64,000 bases of DNA, from positions 736,001-800,000 of the forward strand of contig OY969724.1 of the NCBI GenBank assembly GCA_963702205.1. The letters run 5' to 3'. The translations under genes and the position numbers were made by a program. The notes beneath the pieces were generated by a model that worked only from the letters and a program-made list of their open reading frames with translations, was not told the DNA's origin and searched no databases. How positions within the stretch are numbered: position 1 is the first letter of the stretch; each line of letters opens with the position of its first letter. Source of the DNA: an uncultured candidate division Zixibacteria bacterium. Lineage in GTDB: Bacteria > Zixibacteria > MSB-5A5 > GN15 > PGXB01. Below are positions 59,613 to 64,000 of this stretch, in pieces.

Positions 59613-60260
59613 TCAGGGGTAGTTTACGCCTCCGACGGTCGCTTCGAGAAGGTCGCCGCTCACCAAGGCGGTTTGGTAGCGCACGATGCCGACGTCGCGG
59701 GCGAACCATCGGGTTATCTCGGGGGCAAAAATACGCCGGACTTTTTCGTCAAGGTAATTGTACGATATCTTCATCTTGATGCAGTTCGGGAATTTCCCGG
59801 CCGGAGTGGTGATATCTTCGATGCCCTCGATTTCGTAGGACAGTTGTATTCGGAAGTGCGAGTCGACCGAATCGCTTCGTATTTCGACCGCCGGAACCAG
59901 GAGCGTATCCCCGACGATATTCGACCAGGGGGCAAATACCAGGCGCGGGAAGAAATTCACCTGAAGGTTTCTATCGGCCAGGACCATGTTGTTCCAGTAG
60001 ACGCCGTTGTCGTCGCGGCTGAAATCTTCCCAGGTCATGATTTTGCCGGTGGAATCGTAATAGGCTCGGGTGAAAAGACTGTCGATCTGGCGGATCACTT
60101 TTATTTCTCCACTCACGCCGGAATAGACATAGCGGTCGCCCTCGTGGAGCGGAAAATATTCCGAGGGATTTATTTTGGAGGCGCGGACGCGCTTTTCCAC
60201 ACAGCCGCCGGTCAGTGCCACAAGTGCCAGCATCAGGCCGATAAATATTTTTTGTATCAC
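59613..60260 (-). CDS. Hypothetical lipoprotein
   Basis: Lipobox-like TGGC; YFPL; ITTPAGKF; WFARDVG. Confidence 0.7.
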   Translation of the reverse strand: MIQKIFIGLMLALVALTGGCVEKRVRASKINPSEYFPLHEGDRYVYSGVSGEIKVIRQIDSLFTRAYYDSTGKIMTWEDFSRDDNGVYWNNMVLADRNLQVNFFPRLVFAPWSNIVGDTLLVPAVEIRSDSVDSHFRIQLSYEIEGIEDITTPAGKFPNCIKMKISYNYLDEKVRRIFAPEITRWFARDVGIVRYQTALVSGDLLEATVGGVNYP

Positions 60261-60634
60261 TATGCTTTGCTCTGCTTTTTGCGATAATCGTCGATGGCCG
60301 CGCGGAGGGCGTCGGTCGCCAGGTTCGAGCAGTGCATCTTGATCGGCGGCAGTCCACCGAGAGCATCGGCCACGTCACCCCGCGTCAGCTTTTCGGCCTC
60401 TTCGATGGTTTTGCCTTTGACCATCTCGGTCGTGATGGAACTGGTGGCGATGGCCGCCCCGCAGCCGAACGTCTTGAACTTGATATCGACTATGATATTA
60501 TTCTCGATTTTTATATACATGGTCATGATATCGCCGCACGACGGATTACCGACGGTGCCGATGCCACTGGCTAAATCGATTTCACCGACGTTTCTCGGAT
60601 TCTGGAAGTGTTCTATGACTTTATCCGAATACAT
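60260..60634 (-). CDS. iscU: Fe-S cluster scaffold IscU/NifU
   Basis: HFQNPRNVG, CGD, FGCG, KMHCS. Confidence 0.92.
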   Translation of the reverse strand: MYSDKVIEHFQNPRNVGEIDLASGIGTVGNPSCGDIMTMYIKIENNIIVDIKFKTFGCGAAIATSSITTEMVKGKTIEEAEKLTRGDVADALGGLPPIKMHCSNLATDALRAAIDDYRKKQSKA

Positions 60635-60728
60635 TTAGACCTCTCAAACAAGTATCAAAATTGTCCATTTAATATATACAACCGGGCGAAATAGGCAAGT
60701 GAATATTTTCACATAGGGCCGATTTTAA

Positions 60729-61721
60729 TCAGCGGTGAAGAGTCGCTTCACCGGCATAAAATTGCTGAAGACCGTCTTTGGTCTCCAGAACCAGTCTGCC
60801 TTCTTCGTCTATATCTTTTACGACGCCGGTGACTCGTTTGCGCCCTGATTTTAGCTGAATTTCGCGATTTATCAGATAAGAATACTGCAGGATTTTTTTG
60901 TGGAAAGCCTTGAGCCCCTTTTTCTTGAAGACCAGATAGTCTTTTTCGAAGCGGGTCAGAAACCGCCGCATGAAATCGGTCCGGGAGATTTTTTCTTTGA
61001 GGCCGATCCGGACCGAGGTCGCCGTCGCGCGCAAGTCCTCCGGGAAGTCGGCCGGTCTCTGGTTGACGTTTATCCCCACCCCGACGATGACATAGTCGGT
61101 GCGGTCGGGCTCGCCGGAGAGTTCGGTCAATATTCCGGCGGTCTTTTTGCCGGAAATCAGGACGTCGTTGGGCCACTTGATTTTGACGTCGATGTCCTCG
61201 TATTCCAGGATGGTTTCGGCCAGAACGACGGCGGTAATCAGCGAAATGCCCGGTGCGCGGCTGGGGTGAATCGACGGTCTTAGGATCAGCGAAAGATAAA
61301 TCCCCATTTTTTCGGGTGACTGCCAGACGCGGCCGCGTCGTCCGCGACCACCGAACTGGTATTCGGCGGCGATGAGGGTGCCCTCGGCGATGCCGTTGAC
61401 GGCCAACTGCGAGGCGACGGTATTGGTCGACTGCACCATCTTGAAGGCGAAGACGTTTTTGGCCATGATTTTGGTTTTCAGGCCGAACAGGATTTCCGCC
61501 GGGAGCAACAGGTCGGGCGGGGATATCAGCGCCCAGCGTCCGGACTTGTCGGTCCTGAAAGTGTAGCCTATTTTTTTAAGCTGATCGAGGGACTTGAGGA
61601 TGCCGTCCTCGGAGGCTTTGAAACATTTCGCCAGATATTTGACGTCGTAGTACTGCCCCGGACGGCGACGAATTTTGTCGAGCACTTTGTCCGAAAGTTT
61701 GTCGAGGTCGAGGGTATCCAT
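60729..61721 (-). CDS. birA: Biotin--[acetyl-CoA carboxylase] ligase with N-terminal HTH
   Basis: STN, GRGRRGR, KWPND, KTAGILTE. Confidence 0.93.
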   Translation of the reverse strand: MDTLDLDKLSDKVLDKIRRRPGQYYDVKYLAKCFKASEDGILKSLDQLKKIGYTFRTDKSGRWALISPPDLLLPAEILFGLKTKIMAKNVFAFKMVQSTNTVASQLAVNGIAEGTLIAAEYQFGGRGRRGRVWQSPEKMGIYLSLILRPSIHPSRAPGISLITAVVLAETILEYEDIDVKIKWPNDVLISGKKTAGILTELSGEPDRTDYVIVGVGINVNQRPADFPEDLRATATSVRIGLKEKISRTDFMRRFLTRFEKDYLVFKKKGLKAFHKKILQYSYLINREIQLKSGRKRVTGVVKDIDEEGRLVLETKDGLQQFYAGEATLHR

Positions 61722-61728
61722 AAGAGTA

Positions 61729-62610
61729 TCAGTCTTCGATGTTTAGTGAAAAATCCGACGACGGCGCGCTGTGGGTTAAAGCTCCGATCGAAATATAATC
61801 GACGCCGGTTTCGGCGATCCGCGCGACGTTGTCGAGGTTGACGTTGCCGGAGGCTTCGAGTTTGAGGTCGTCGGCCAGCGACCGGGCCAGCTTAACCATC
61901 GCCGTGAGCTGCTCGGTCGAACGGTTGTCCAGCAAAAGCCGTTTGACGCCGCAGTCGACCGCCTCGCGAAGCTGGTCCTCGCTTTCCACTTCGACTTCGA
62001 TGATGACTTCGGAGCCGTCGTTGCCGAAGCGCTCGGTATAAGATTTATCGCCGAGATATTTCTGTGTTTTTGCAACCGCTTCTTTAATCGAGCCGCAGGC
62101 GGCGATGTGGTTGTCTTTAATCAGGACCATGTCGTACAGGCCGTAGCGGTGGTTCTGCCCACCGCCGCAGGTGACGGCGTATTTTTCCAGATAGCGCAGG
62201 CCGGGCGTGGTTTTGCGGGTGTCGAGGATGACGGTGTTTGTGTCTTTGATTCTGTGCACGAATTTGGAAACCAGCGTGGCGATGCCGGACAGGTGACCCA
62301 GATAGTTCAGGGCGGTACGCTCGGCGGTAAGGATGGCCGCGGTCTTCCCCTTGTATTCGGCGATAGTCTCTCCCGGCACGAACGGCTGGCCGTCTTTTTT
62401 GATATTAAATATCTCTATATCGGAATCGAGCTTGGCGAAAATGGTATCGGCTATCGGCAGACCGGACAGGACGCCCTCGGATTTGGCGACGATACCGGCT
62501 TTGGAGATACCCTCTCCGATCGTGGCGATGGTTGTCACGTCGCCGGGCCCGACGTCCTCGATAAGGGCGACGTCGATCTGCTTGGCGAGTATGTCGTCGA
62601 TTTCGTTCAT
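61729..62610 (-). CDS. nadC: Nicotinate-nucleotide pyrophosphorylase (carboxylating)
   Basis: DTRKTTPG, HRYGL, KDNH, EVE, LDN, EASG. Confidence 0.95.
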   Translation of the reverse strand: MNEIDDILAKQIDVALIEDVGPGDVTTIATIGEGISKAGIVAKSEGVLSGLPIADTIFAKLDSDIEIFNIKKDGQPFVPGETIAEYKGKTAAILTAERTALNYLGHLSGIATLVSKFVHRIKDTNTVILDTRKTTPGLRYLEKYAVTCGGGQNHRYGLYDMVLIKDNHIAACGSIKEAVAKTQKYLGDKSYTERFGNDGSEVIIEVEVESEDQLREAVDCGVKRLLLDNRSTEQLTAMVKLARSLADDLKLEASGNVNLDNVARIAETGVDYISIGALTHSAPSSDFSLNIED

Positions 62611-62998
62611 TTAGGGCTAAAATTAAGTGTTAAAACAACTTTTGACAAATATTAAGTTGTTGAATTGAAGTGGAATAGCAGTTTTTTTGCATGAATTAGC
62701 AAAATACTCATATAATACTCCGATAATATATAATAAATACTTGACAATGGATTGTTAAATATGTATAATGTGATGAGATTATAATGAAATATTGGCCGCA
62801 ACCTGTTTATAAGGAGGTAATTATGATGCAATAATTTGGTGAGCGTTGTGCAAGCAAATTTCGGGGGAAATTTGCTGGCTAGCGTCGACGCCAAAATGGA
62901 CTTGTTAACAAAGGGTAAGATAATGAAGAAACCGTGACGGAGGTTGCATGAAAGAATTAATCATTTGCCCTGATGGGTAATTAACATGGAGTGTTGAA

Positions 62999-63304
62999 AT
63001 GATCAATGATAAAAATGATCATTCTGGAGATGTCAATGATGACAATGTTCAAACTGAAAATGGTGGTTTGATTGATAATTTTAATCTGGATATAGAGATA
63101 GAATTAAAAAGGTCCAGACAAAAATTCAGACACGGAGTATCAACATTCATTATCATTACGGCGGTCGTAGGTTTTTTGGTTGGGATTGTCTATGGTGCTT
63201 TGAATGGCAACAATTTTGAGCCGGCCAATATTTGGTGGGCAAGCTTAGGACCCTTTGTAGGGTTCCTTATAAGAACCGTAATTGGAGGTATCCGTGATGG
63301 ATAA
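62999..63304 (+). CDS. Hypothetical 2-TM protein (AT-rich islet)
   Basis: GGAG upstream; two hydrophobic segments. Confidence 0.55.
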   Translation: MINDKNDHSGDVNDDNVQTENGGLIDNFNLDIEIELKRSRQKFRHGVSTFIIITAVVGFLVGIVYGALNGNNFEPANIWWASLGPFVGFLIRTVIGGIRDG

Positions 63305-63515
63305 CGCGAATACAAAACATAGAATACAGTTCGATATCACGCAAGACGCTTTAGCGGAGTTAGATAAGCTTGTGGTTAAGGCTAATACTAGTACTCGCGC
63401 AGAAGCCGTAAGAAACGCATTGAAGTTTTATGCGTGGTATTTATCGAAGAAAAAAGATGGTTTCGATTTTTTGGTCCGCAAGGGCGACGACGAATGGGTG
63501 GTAGAACTCCTTTAA
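63297..63515 (+). CDS. Ribbon-helix-helix (CopG-like) DNA-binding protein
   Basis: RIQFDIT..LDKL..TRAEAVRNAL; GGAGG upstream. Confidence 0.65.
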   Translation: MDNANTKHRIQFDITQDALAELDKLVVKANTSTRAEAVRNALKFYAWYLSKKKDGFDFLVRKGDDEWVVELL

Positions 63516-63569
63516 TTGGGTTCTGCCTGCCCCCCTTCCCAATCTTATTTACTTATTTATTCAAATAAA

Positions 63570-64000
63570 TCAAACCCCAAAGGAGTCGCGGACGGTTACT
63601 TTTTCCGTTTTTTCACGATACAACTGGCCGATCTCGGCGCCGATGATAAATACGATCGACGAGTAATAAATCCAGAACGCTACCACGACCACGAGGGCGT
63701 AAGCGCCGTAGATGCGGTTGAAAGTCACGACGTTGTTTATGTAAAGTCCGAACATCTGACGGGCCAGTTCCCAGAGTACAGGCCGACGAGACGGCACTTA
63801 CCAGCACCGGCTTGACCGGCATATTTTTCTGAGGTATGAACCAGTAGAGCAGGACAAATATCACCAGCATGACGGCGAACGAAATCCCGCCGTAGACGAG
63901 ATTTTCGAGGAAGCCTATTTTGAGGGTATTTAGAAAGGTCAGGTTGCCGGCGTATTCCTGTATCATTTCGAGGGCGGGCAGAATCGCCACCGAGACCAGA
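63570..64000 (-). CDS. 3' part of a YihY/BrkB-family membrane protein with an apparent +1 frameshift near 63781
   Basis: LYWFIP in one frame; LWELAR..IYGA..WIYYS..IIGAE in the next; start outside the window. Confidence 0.75.

Noticed and set aside
40004..62655. Many antisense or alternate-frame ORFs of 60-230 aa over host genes
   Set aside because: Expected shadows of GC-rich codon usage; they overlap well-supported genes

Overview
The window has two parts. (1) 1-~34,790 is the right-hand part of a visibly lower-GC integrative element inserted at the 3' end of the tmRNA gene (ssrA, 34790-35148, minus strand; tag peptide (A)GEYNYAMAA). Its other att site lies beyond the left edge. It carries a tyrosine integrase, a lambda-O-like replication initiator with an intragenic origin (three palindromic iterons and three DnaA boxes), two Replic_Relax-type relaxase-like proteins, two VirD4/TraD-like ATPases, a RuvC-like resolvase and an annealing-protein/exonuclease pair. 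No virion or mating-pair genes are in view. Its cargo is an ~18-kb candidate defence operon (HTH, SNF2 helicase, large N6-adenine methyltransferase, ABC-ATPase/TOPRIM, 2119-aa YprA/DUF1998 helicase, RelE-UvrD; DISARM-related, ARMADA-like) and a TerY-P-type vWA/vWA/PP2C/kinase-FHA module whose genes overlap directly with the coupling-ATPase and relaxase genes. (2) 35,150-64,000 is higher-GC host chromosome, probably an FCB-group bacterium such as Zixibacteria (inference): FG-GAP and FN3 surface proteins, glyQS, recO, ftsB, a papain-family protease, an ArsR/ArsP/ArsF/ArsG-family cluster, two FKBP PPIases, an ABC transporter, mutM, iscU, birA, nadC and a YihY-family gene, plus two AT-rich islets and dense REP/MITE-like palindrome clusters. 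Three +1 frameshifts all fall next to an AGTAC motif. All family assignments come from motif recognition by eye; no database searches were run.
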